Source: Octopus vulgaris (Eukaryota). Taken from it: a stretch of DNA of 64,000 bases. The notes beneath the pieces are model-generated. The model was not told the DNA's origin, made no database searches, and saw only the letters and a program-made list of their open reading frames with translations. The stretch lies in NCBI GenBank assembly GCA_951406725.2, contig OX597817.1, positions 6,572,001-6,636,000 on the forward strand. Reading direction: 5' to 3'. Each line of letters opens with the position of its first letter. Positions within the stretch are counted from its first letter, which is position 1. The position numbers and the translations under genes were made by a program. Shown here piece after piece: positions 13,497 to 25,023 of this stretch.

Positions 13497-13672
13497 TGCA
13501 AGAAACTGGTAATAGTTGACGATGGAGAGGTACTACGGTGTCAGCTGTTCTCTACAAGTGAACTAGAGCACCTTTCGGAGTATTCGAGGGGTTCCAAGCA
13601 GTGCTGTTTTCTGCAAGTGCTCCACCCTTATTGCAGCTCCTATTTGTTCCATGTACTTCTCGAGATTTTTAC
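13497..13672 (-). mobile_element. R4/Dong-clade LINE extreme 3' end
   Basis: Minus-strand NLEKYMEQIGAAIRVEHLQKTALLGTPRILRKVL* is the typical R4/Dong C-terminus, followed by a short 3'UTR. Confidence 0.8.
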
Positions 13673-14860
13673 CCACTATTTTCCATCAAGCGTTGGACAG
13701 TCAAGAATTTCTCATAGCATATAATTAACGCTGAGTGGTTTTAATTTATAATCAAGGAAACTATCTATGTGTGACACTTAACTGTTTGGGGAATAGCTGA
13801 TGAAATTATACAAAGTGCATCGATTCACTACCTGATTGCTTGATGTCATCGTCATAACTAGTAAAGGTTGTGTTTCATTAATCACTAAAATCGTCTCTAA
13901 TTATCGACTGCCTTTAGAGTTATGTCGTGCGAAGTGAGTGACAAAATACATAAATTGCTAATCTAATAGAACAATATACTTTTGCAGTCTTAAAATCTTG
14001 ATTTATGGGAGTATATGAAAAACTGTTCCTCTCGCTCCAACGTTTTCTCTACACTTGTTGTTATTGTTGCAGCGAAGGATGTAGTGTGACGTTTACGTAT
14101 ACATTGTAAATACTTTTTTGACAGACTGTTTGCGAATAATTTTATTTCCTGTGTTGTAGGAAAGGAGGCATTACTTTCACTCTCAGGCTAAGTGTCAACC
14201 TTCAGCTTTCGTCAAAAATTGATGAAACTAATTTACTGTTTCTACCGTTTACGTGAAATTCGTCACCATAAAATTATGAGGTAGCAGCAAAAATTATAAG
14301 TAGTGCTAGAGAAACATTTGAAGAATGCGTTGGCATGTTGATATCCATTAAATTTGATTTACGAAAATCTAATCAACATCTAATATATTAGTTCACGGAA
14401 CTAGATTATAGTTATGAAGACAAACATCTACACTTAGGCAATGCGATGAATCTGGGGTAATATTAGTATGTAGAGAGAAGAAGTAATTTTGATTAGCTTA
14501 AAGACAATATTTGAACAGAATTGTGCTGATTCAGTTACAATACGGAAAACTTTTCCCACCAACTATAGCATAGACGTGCAGGGAATTGAATTTAAATACT
14601 TAAAAATACCTATTAAATCATGGCCGGAAAACATATCATGTCAACAATATTGTCTCAGCCATGTATCAATTCTTGAAGCTAGCGAAGTAAACAAGCTACT
14701 ATAAAGAAAAGCACCGCTGATAAATCGATGGCATACAATTTGCATGCTATTCATGCACAGAAAATGTAAAAATACTAACAAAACGAACCATTTTTACCGC
14801 TTGCACGTTTTACTTCATTGCCTTCCCTAATTGACTCCCTACTCCTTCTACTAATCTCCC

Positions 14861-14905
<45 letters not shown>

Positions 14906-14983
14906 TAAATGTATATATATTTGTGTGTATATATATATATTTATATATATATATATATATACATATATAAATGTATATATATT

Positions 14984-15014
<31 letters not shown>

Positions 15015-15023
15015 TTGTATATA

Positions 15024-15080
<57 letters not shown>

Positions 15081-15144
15081 GTATATATATTTAGAGAGAG
15101 AGAGAGATATCACTCATGCATATGCATATACAGACAGTTTTTTT

Positions 15145-15357
15145 TTACTCTTTTCAGTTATTTCAATGAAGAGCACCACATTAAGAAGATTTTAGTCAAA
15201 CGAATCGACCCCAGAACTTATTCCGTCTAACCCTAGTACTTATTCTATCGTTTTTTTGCCGAACCGCTAGATTACGAAGACGTAGACACACTAACATCAC
15301 TCGTAAAGCGATGCTGGAGAGGACAAATACAGACACAATCACAAACATACACACACA

Positions 15358-15397
<40 letters not shown>

Positions 15398-15550
15398 ACG
15401 GGCTTCTTTCAGTTTCCATCTAACAAATCCACTCCTAAGGCTTTGGTCGGCCTGAGGCTACAGCAGGAAACAGTTATCCAAAGTTACACGCAGTGGGACT
15501 GAACACAGAACCATATAGGTGGAAAGCAAGCTTCTTACAACACAGACACA
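15145..15550 (-). mobile_element. SINE family A, near full length
   Basis: Reverse-complement match to 3017-3429. Confidence 0.85.
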
Positions 15551-16068
15551 TACTTTTTGTATATATATATATATATATATATGCATGGGTATACATACAT
15601 ATATATGCACGCACGTGCGTGTATGCGTGTAACTTCGAATGACGTGATAGGAGCTGCGTTTTGAGGCTTTTCGTTGTTGTATGGTACTTTAAAATAGAAC
15701 CATGGTAACCAATGAAAACAATGCCCACATTAATTGTGTTTTCAAGATAATGGAAAATTCCAATTTCAACTTCTGTACAGACTGAGTTGAAGCTATTGCG
15801 AATCCTCCGTTCTACTGTGATGAGTTATGAAGGGAAAAACGCAATATTAGAGATTTTAAATAAAGTGAAAATATATTAGGACAATTGCAATAAATATAAT
15901 TTCAATGTTATCGATACCATTAAAGCACATATTGTTATTGGTGATGAAATCAGTTAGAGAGAATATGAAGTTCTTAATTTGTGCGACGTTACAACACAAG
16001 ATAAGTGAATTAGTAGCTATAATGAGAGAAGCATTAAACTGCTGATCTAGTTTTAAAAATATTCAGCA

Positions 16069-16452
16069 CTAGCAGTATCGCCCGGCGTTGCTCGGGTTTG
16101 TAAGAGAAATAACTATATAAGCATTTTTAGAGATGTAAAGTATAATAGCCATCTCAATATGGCTAACCACAAAGGGGGGTGTTACTGTAGCTTTTTACGT
16201 TCTGAGATTTAATAATAATTTTTTAGAGAGTTACTTCCCTTATATATGCCAAAAATGCATTAAAAATGGGAAAAATTGATGGTAAATTCTTTTTAAAATC
16301 GTAGACGCGCGCTAATACCCAGAAGGGCTCGGTATGAATCACGACTATAAGATACCCGGTTTTGGTTAAACTGCACCGCAAAATGTGGGAGTAGTTAGGA
16401 ATCTAAATCGTAGGAGACAGACAGCACACAACCTCTCTTTTATATATAAAGA
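16069..16452 (-). mobile_element. Non-autonomous Helitron, 384 bp, both ends intact
   Basis: Minus strand begins A|TCTTTATATATAAAA and ends with hairpin cccgagcaacgccggg followed by cgatactgCTAG|T. This gives 5'-TC, 3'-CTAG, a subterminal GC hairpin, insertion between A and T and no TSD. Confidence 0.9.
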
Positions 16453-17695
16453 TTTCCGTTAGATATTGCACGATCAAATCACTTCAAGAAAAGCATGTAG
16501 TATTTTATTGTGTATTTCTAATATATGGGCAAGTTAGATATGTTGAGTAAGGTAATCACTTGTATTCTATTCTAATAAATCTGTGAATCAGCAACAGATA
16601 TTCAGATCTTTCTCTTCTAAATAGAAAATATTCAAGATTACTTGTATTAACTACACTCGGAACACAGTATCACCAAACGGACTTAGAACGTTTCGTGTGA
16701 AGACATTATCAACATAAAATAATTCAGGAAAGGTAAAAGTTAACCAATGTTTGAAGGTACGTTTGAAGAAAAAGAAAACTTACGTTACTGGTTTACTTTA
16801 GACAACATTCACACTAGCTGCAAAGAGGAAGAAATATAATACCACGAAATTGATACAAGAACCACGATGAAATGTAATAAATCAACGGAGCGTGAAGATA
16901 ATGACATGCTCACGTGACAGAAATGGATTTAATAAGTCTAAAGGATATAAATCTTCTCCTGAAAAACTATATTTAAAAACATGCAATATTATCTAATAAA
17001 CACCCAATAATTAAATGCTGGACAGATGTAAATGATATGAAATGATTAAATGCACAAATTTTCAATTGTAATTATAATTGCTAACATCTGTGACAGGACA
17101 AACCTGAGAATCTAAAGCAGAAAGATAGAAGAGAGTTCGTGCTCCTATTTCTCGAATGAGAATAGTGAAAAAAAAACAGCGGTTGAAATTATAAAAATAT
17201 TAATGATTAAACGAACCAAGGTGAGACAGGAACGAGAAACAGATACAATAAGGAGATGCGAACAGTTCACAAATCACTCATTAGGTGACAGTGTTAAGCA
17301 TTGTATTACATAACGCCTGCCAACCAGAAATTGGTTACATATTTCCTTTCAATCATATTTATATTTAGAATAACAAAACAGGTTAAACTCCATGTATAAA
17401 TGAACTATATTATATGCTCTGGTATCGAGTATACCGAAGCAACACACCTCTTTTCGAATCTTATTGCAAAAATTAGTAGAAAGGAAATGAGAAATGAATT
17501 AAATTACTAAGTTCTTTTCTATGCGAATGCCCTTAGATGTTATTAGAAATGGAAAACCAACCCATTCGTAGGATCCAAACCAAAGACCTATATATACATC
17601 AGTCTGGTGTAGCATGGCTTGCTTGTTGAAGATGCCTATCTAGCTCTTGTAAACGTATAAGTATTCTAGTGAAATACATTCACTGATTTCAAAAA

Positions 17696-18039
17696 TAATA
17701 CATTTCTAAATCTCTCTGGGAGAGATTTATGCAGTATACGATTTATGCAGTGTACGATAAAGTAGTTGTATACTGTCAACTTAATGTGACACTCTGATAA
17801 CGAGAAAAGACTCAGAAACTATTCTCTGGTTGCTGGCTTCGCTGGCTGGAGGTGCTTGTCTCCCCCTTGTAAACATAAGGAGACAGTAAATGTGTGAAGG
17901 CCGACAGGAAGCGTTGATGCTTCCTAGGGTAAATAACAGTAGTATTATTCCCTTCATGTGACTGTCACATTAAGTTGAGAGTAAACAACAACTTTATCGT
18001 ATCACTGTTGCATAAATCTCTCTGAGAGATTTAGGAATG

Positions 18040-18044
<5 letters not shown>
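17696..18044. mobile_element. Foldback/MITE-like element with ~85-95 bp terminal inverted repeats next to (TA)n
   Basis: Left arm taatacatttctaaatctctc...gagagatttatgca...acgataaagtagttgtatactgtcaacttaatgtgaca (17696-17791) is the reverse complement of 17963-18044 apart from small indels. Confidence 0.8.
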
Positions 18045-18086
<42 letters not shown>

Positions 18087-18626
18087 CAGAGAGAGAGAGA
18101 GAGAGAGATGTATATATATATATATAATATATATATATATAATATATATACATACATATATATGTGTGTATGTATGTGTGAGTGTGTGTGTGTGCGTGTG
18201 TTTCACGCAGTGCGATTGACTCCATAACCATATGGGTGAGAAACAAACCTCTTACCTCACTGTTAGGCTTGGATAAAGTTTAAATGATGTTACACTAGTG
18301 TGCTCAATATACATCTTCTTAAATTCATTAACAGTGTCTATATTTCAAAGAAAACGAGAAAAATAAAGAGACAAAGATAGTACTAAAGAGACAAAGTGTG
18401 AGAGAGTGTGACGTCCATGCACCAACTTATATGTGTGCGTTTTAGTACATATTTTAGTGGTGGAAATGAAATAATTTAATGAAGAAACATTTGATAAACA
18501 CGTATTTACCTCATTTTCTACATTAACCCAAGAATGAAACCATAGAACTATTATGCATACTAAACAACAAAACATCTTAACTAGCAACACCTTATTAATA
18601 GCATTTACCTGGATTATTTAAGAGGA

Positions 18627-18699
<73 letters not shown>

Positions 18700-19485
18700 A
18701 ATAGAAAGAAAGGCAGGGACAGGATTAACGAAAATACTCATAGCTATGTATAACTGTCACCGATTTTACTCATTGCCATATTAATATAATATTTGTCACA
18801 CAGCAAAATGCAGGTTTTTCATACGAGTAGCTAAATGTGAGTGCAGTTCATATTACCTCTCAAAAATTTCATACAAAGCTATTTTGAATTTTCTTAGGTT
18901 TTGCTGAAATTCATTATACTTCACTCAAAAGGAAATATAAGGAAATAATTGAAATATCTGCGTTATAGCATGACAACAATGGGCATAATTTCTACATTTA
19001 TTATTATTTAAAGATTGTGAACATTTCTAGTGTCTTCATCGACTGAAGATAATATCTGAAGTAGGAAGTAAAAAAAATGTGAATAAAAATCAGTAAAACT
19101 CATACAAGGAATACTACAACAACAATAACAACATCACACAGCAGCAACAGTCGCAACAGCAACAACAACAACAACTACTACTACTACTACTACTACTACG
19201 AAGTAGAAGAAGAAGAAGAAGAAGAAGAAGAAGAAGATGTAGATGTAGAAGAAGAAGTAGAAGAAGAAGAAGAAGAAGAAGAAGAAGAAGAAGAAGAAGA
19301 AGAAGAAGAAGAGTTTAAGCAGTAGCTCTTGTTGCTGTAGCTAACTCTTGATTCTGTCAACCTGCACAGAAATATAAGCATGCTATATAATATATACGAT
19401 CATTGAATACACTGGAAGTTTTTAGCATGGGCATATATGTATGTATATATATGTATATATATGTATATATATATATATATACATA

Positions 19486-19522
<37 letters not shown>

Positions 19523-19540
19523 CATACATCATATATATAT

Positions 19541-19768
19541 CTTTTATTTCTTTATTGCCCACAATGGGCTAAACATACAAGAGACAAACCAAGACAGACA
19601 AAGGGATTAAGTCGATTACATTAACCCCAGTACGTAACTGGTACTTATTTATCGACCCCGAAAGGATCAAAGGCAAAGTCGACCTGAGCGGAATTTGAAC
19701 TCAGAACATAACAGCAAACGAAATACCGCTGAGCATTTCGGCAGGTGTGCTAACGTTCCTGCCAACTC
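19541..19768 (-). mobile_element. SINE family B, tail type 1, inserted in (TA)n
   Basis: Reverse complement matches 47845-48075, including tail tatgtttagcccattgtgggcaataaagaaata. Confidence 0.9.
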
Positions 19769-19823
19769 ATATATATATATATATATATATATGTATATTA
19801 ACCCCTTTATAGATATGTATATG

Positions 19824-19854
<31 letters not shown>

Positions 19855-20030
19855 ATGCATATATACATATACATATATATATTTATATATATATGCATAT
19901 ATACATATACATATATATTTATATATATATATGCATATATACATATACATATATATATTTATATATATATGCATATATACATATACATATATATAAAGGG
20001 GTTTGTATGATTGTGTATAGAGGGATATAT

Positions 20031-20482
20031 ATTATTCAAAGAAATTCCAACTCTGTTTTTCTTATGTTTCATTTATATTCTTTATAATATTAATGTAGAA
20101 TATAGAATTTATAGTATAAATAGCATATATAGTAAAATAAAATGAAGTATTGATTGTCTTATTGAATAGATGAAATATTGAATATCAAATATTAAGGGAC
20201 TAGTATACTTTCTTGTATTTAAGCAGTCTTCAATGTCCCAGGTTGTGACAGGAATGTTTCAACTGTCAAACACTCCTGTCACAATCTGGGACCTTGAAGA
20301 CTGCTTTAATGCAAGGAAGTATACTAGTCCCTTAATATTTGATATTCAATAAGATAATCAATATTTCATTTCTTTTTACTATATATATATATTATTTATA
20401 CTATATATTCTATATTCTACATTCATATTATAAAGAATATAAATGACACATAAAAAACAGAGTTGGAATTCCTTTGAATAAT
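20031..20482. mobile_element. ~450 bp palindromic element in (TA)n carrying an inverted pair of hammerhead-like motifs
   Basis: Arms are reverse-complementary from attattcaaagaaattccaactctg / cagagttggaattcctttgaataat inward to an ~8-nt loop at ~20260-20267. Confidence 0.9.
20288..20331 (+). ncRNA. Minimal type-I hammerhead-like motif (mirror copy at 20196-20239, minus strand)
   Basis: gggac-c-TTGAAGA-c-tgc/gca-a-G(G/A)A-AGTATACT-A-gtccc. Stem I gggac/gtccc, palindromic stem III AGTATACT, CUA triplet. The mirror copy has canonical GAAA. The core is a variant (C3->U, one extra nt). Confidence 0.55.
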
Positions 20483-20483
20483 T

Positions 20484-20533
<50 letters not shown>

Positions 20534-22215
20534 TAAATATATATGTTGCTCAAAACTGCTCGAAGAAAAGTAAAGTTCGTGCGTTTATGTGTGTTTGTGT
20601 GAGTTTACTTGTAGTGCTGTGCTACACAGCTGTCACGCGCTAAATGCCAGGTTCCAAATACTATTTTCTGTTTGGATAAAAATTATTGAACTTCAACCAA
20701 ATTACAACCAAAAAGGAATGTCAGGCCTCAGTCCATGTTATTGATGTGGAGACCTACACTTCAGAAAATATTGTCCGTTTAAAAACCAAACATGCTAAAG
20801 TTTTCAAAAACGTGGTCACAAGAGCTTACACAGCAAGACAAGATTACGAGGGTCGGACACAAAAAGTTTTTGTGTCTGTATTAGAAAATGAATGCAATAC
20901 ACACACAAAAAAGAAAATTCTTATATGTAAAAATAAATGGTGTAAACATTAAACTACATTTGGATACGGGTAGTGATATTTAAATCATAAATCGGATACA
21001 TAGAAAAAAGTCGGGAAACCGCTGTGGATTGGGAAGAAGCTTCTTGCCACACAGCCAATGAAAACGAGTGATCGATACCGCATTGATAGATAAAGATTCT
21101 TTAGTTGTGTATTAAGGTTACCACTGGCTTTGTGTTAAGAAAATATCTCAGCAATTCGTGAAGCCAATTACAGAAAAAAATTGATGTTGGCCTCCATTTT
21201 GGATTAAATACATTTTCCTCTTCAGCCAATCCATCATCGACATTGCCAATGCCACTTGCAAAGGAAAGTGACAGTGGCGAGGGGAAAGCTTCCCAGTAAA
21301 TGTGTGTAAAATGGGTGAATGTGGGGAAAATGGTTAGGATAAATATACAAACTCTAAGCCTGTATTTGGTGATTAGAAGGCAACAGCTGGGAAAATGTTC
21401 ACGCCTTTGGTAGTCAAATTGATGCTGAACCTGCGGGCTTCAATTATTGGCCCTAGTTGATGTTTTCCTCGTATAAAGAGGACGGACTGCATCATTCCCG
21501 TGTTCACATATTTTGTGAACTTTAAATACTCTTATCTCATTCCGCCCTCCTCACCCCTTCGTTATCATCATGCCTGTGGACCCCCACTCTACTCCACCCC
21601 AAGCAAGTGGCAAACTTTGTAATATCCCTTCATTTGATTCCCCTATGGCAAATAAAGGGAAAAGGAAAACAATATTACTATTACTAATATAATATTGCCC
21701 GTGTAATTAGCAGCAGCAGCAGCAGCAGCATCTAGCAACAAACAAGAAGTGATTCATAATTGATTTGTAATTCTTATAAGACCAACTACCATAATAATTA
21801 AAGGTACCATGATTTCCCAGGATACACTTCTTATTGATATTGCCAATCAGTTATATGAGATATTAGGTGAACGTCTGAAATATTATGTTAAATAATAATG
21901 ATATGAAATAAAAGAATAAGACCAGAAAAAATAAACGTTGAATGTACTGTTTGCAATAGAGGCATGCATTCCAACGATTTATATTTTATCAGTTTCAGAT
22001 TGATGTGAAACAAAATCGTAGAAGACATGACATGAAAATAAATGGCAAATTGTTGCAATCAAGATCACAAAACATTTAAACATCTCCTGTATCGTTTCTA
22101 CTCCTCAGTGTGCCATTTCTTATAATGATAATCATTCTTACTGACAGAGGCACCAAGCTTGAACTATCTAGAACTGGGTAGACGATAGCATCGATTGTAT
22201 TACTTATTCACTTAT

Positions 22216-22355
22216 ATCTTTTACTTGATACAGTCAATAGACTGCAGCCATGCTGGAGCACCGCCTTGAGTTTTGAGTCGAACGAATCGATCCCAGCACT
22301 TCTTTTTTTAAGCGTGATTCTTATTCTCTCGGTCTCTTTTACCAAACAGCTAAGT
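22216..22355 (-). mobile_element. SINE family A 3' part
   Basis: gactgcagccatgctggagcaccgccttg...ttattctctcggtctctttt. Confidence 0.8.
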
Positions 22356-22359
22356 ATTC

Positions 22360-22930
22360 CTTTTTATCTTCTCTTTCATTTGTGTATGTTAAATCGTATC
22401 TAGTTCAATGCTTCCTATGTAATTGTATATCTGGCTTTGGTCTAATTCTTTTATTTCATTTACTTTATCTAGTGTGATGTTGTTACTCTTAACTAGTTAT
22501 CATCTTTTCAATGTTATTTTGGCACATTTTTTCTAAACCTCATTTCATGTTTATTTCTTTGGTAAATCCACGTACTGTTCGTAGTCATATGTCCAGCTGT
22601 TTATCATTTGTAGCGTACAATTTTAGATCATCCATATACAAGAGATGGCTGATTGTTTGGCCGTAACAGTCGTCTCCACATTAAGTTCTGTTTAGCATGA
22701 CAGATAAAGGTGTCAGTGCCAAGCAGTAAAAGAGTTGAGAGAGCGTATCTCCCTGGAATATTTCTCTTCTAATGGGGATGGCTTTGGTTTTTATGAGTCC
22801 TTCTTTTGTCTGGAGCTATAACACTGTCTGCAATTTGTTCATGGAATGTTTTATATAGTTTATGATTATTGGTGTTACTTTGTTTATGGCTAGTGTTTCT
22901 AGGATCCTTGAGTGGGGAACACTATCAAAA
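22360..22930 (-). mobile_element. R4/Dong-clade reverse transcriptase fragment, decayed
   Basis: Minus strand FDSVPHSRILETL..., IPIRREIFQG(fs)DTLS, ISHLLYMDDLKLYATNDKQL, GLEK(fs)CAKI. Confidence 0.85.
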
Positions 22931-23008
22931 CTGTATAATATAAAAGTGCTTTCTCTCCTGAAACTGAGCATATACACCCACAGAAACACACATACAGAGA
23001 GAGATTCT

Positions 23009-23072
<64 letters not shown>

Positions 23073-23867
23073 TGAATAGTAGTAGATCAGCGACAGCGAT
23101 TCTTAGAGGCTATTCTATCAACAGTATCTTCAGATAGAACGATAGTTGCAACTCCGCCAAATTTAGTACTTGAGCCATGGGAAAAAAATAGAGGCAGAAT
23201 TGTCGTAGTCACTTTGCGAATTGAGACTAACGGAAGAGAAGAGAAATTGTCGTTGAACAAAAATGGCATACAAAATAGATGAAGATTATCTCAATATTCA
23301 TTCACAACGGAATATTTATGATCTTGTGATTACGTAACGTGGTCCTGAGATTCAATGTCGGTGCTCTGAACTGTGAAAATTATGTCTGTATGACAAGCAT
23401 GAATCGGGTGCAGATACCAAGTGTCATATGAATGTGATGATATTTTTTCACCATATAAAATTCCATACATTAAATCAAATATTACCAGTGGACAGTAGAT
23501 AATAGTTAAAGCGCCGAAAGAAGTAAATGTCGACAGATAGCTACTAACCCAGAAATTGCTAGGTTATCCTTATTGTATTTCTATGTATTCAGATATGTTT
23601 GCTTATGAATAGTGCTTCAATGTAATCGAATAGCTCCAACCCTTCAAAATCACTAACCTTGTGCCAAAATGCACAACCATTTTAAAACGTTATCAAAGAC
23701 CAGATTCGTATCCAAGCAAGATTTCACTCAGGTATTACATAAACCTGAAATAGTGAAAATCTCGAATGATATTCATTTTATTTTTATACCATCAGTCACA
23801 TTTTGATACTTTTCTCGAATTTTTTTATGAGGAATATCGTGCTAAAGGGTGTAAGTCTTGAGAATAT

Positions 23868-24072
23868 AATCCTTTCTACTCTAGGCACAAAGTCTGAAAT
23901 TTGGGGGCAGATTAGATCGAAACCAGTACTCAAATGGTACTTAATTTATCGATCCCAATATTATGAAAAGTAAAGTCGATCTCGGCGGAATTTAAATTCA
24001 GAACGTAAAGACAGACGAAATACCGCTAAGCATTTCGCCCCACGTGTTAATTATTCTGTCAGCTCGCTGCCT
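23868..24072 (-). mobile_element. SINE family B, tail type 2, full length with ~19 bp TSD
   Basis: Family B body. Flanks taagtcttgagaatataat (23852-23870) and taagtgttaagaatataat (24073-24091). Confidence 0.9.
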
Positions 24073-24423
24073 TAAGTGTTAAGAATATAATAGCCAAATA
24101 TATTTTATATATTATTTGAAATGCCTGATTACATTTTATTGGAAGTAAATGTATAAATTGTACGTAATTATTGTGAGTTTATCACCCGTATGAACACCGA
24201 CTTCGTCACAGGCGTGGTTTGAAATCAAAGCGTAATTCAAGTAAACTAGCTACTCATTTATTAGTATTTTATTCCCATAATCATAATCAGCATTTCGCTG
24301 TTAAGCGTGTTGAAGAGCACCGACAATAACAGTATTTTCAAACATTTTAAATGAATTGTAAATAATTTCGAAAAGTATTACAATTACACTCACAAAAATG
24401 CAGATGCTTAGCTGATATTTGGA

Positions 24424-24792
24424 TACTCTTTTACTTGTTTCAGTCTTTTGATTGCGGTCGTGCTGGAGCACCGCCTTTAGTCGAACAAATCGACCCCAGG
24501 ACATATTTCTTGTAAACCTAGTACTTATGCTATCGCTAAGTTACGTGGACGTAAACACACCAGCATCGGTTGTCAAGCGATGCTGGGGGGACTAACACAG
24601 ACACACAAACACACATACACATATATATATATACATATTTACGACAGGCGTCTTTTCACATTCCGTCTACCATATCCACTCACAAGGCTTTGGTCGGCAT
24701 GAGGCTATAGTAGAAGACAGCTGCCGAAGGCGCCACGCAGTGGGACTGAACCCGGAACCATGCTGTTGGTAGCAGGCTACTTACCACACAGC
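24424..24792 (-). mobile_element. SINE family A, near full length
   Basis: Reverse-complement match to 3017-3429. Confidence 0.9.
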
Positions 24793-24805
24793 ATGGTGGT
24801 ATATA

Positions 24806-25023
24806 AAATGTGACCTCGTGAGTACCGTTGGCGATTTTTTCCTCTGTCTTCCCTTCTCGGGATATTTCCTTCTCCTATGTTTCCGACGAAGAGCTCCGCT
24901 CGAAACGTTAAACCCCATTTCTTCCCTTCTTTCCTGAGCGTCCAATAATACTATATTTGTTCTACGTCCTCGCGTTGTTGTGTTTTTTTTTTGTTTTTTT
25001 TTGTTTTCTTGTTTGGATTAACT
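24806..25023 (+). mobile_element. Penelope pLTR-like short repeat with hammerhead-like motif (24879-24913)
   Basis: gttt-CCGACGA-a-gagc tcc gctc-GAAACGTT-aaac. Ends ggattaac followed by TA repeats. Homologous to 30906, 33035 and 40380. Confidence 0.75.

Noticed and set aside
20845-20885. tacgagggtcgg...aaaaagt resembling a mariner TIR start
   Set aside because: No partner TIR or transposase sequence found nearby.
21250-21612. 10-bp inverted repeat tgccacttgc/gcaagtggca around a GC-richer 360 bp block
   Set aside because: Too short, with no TSD and no second copy in the window, so it cannot be called a MITE.
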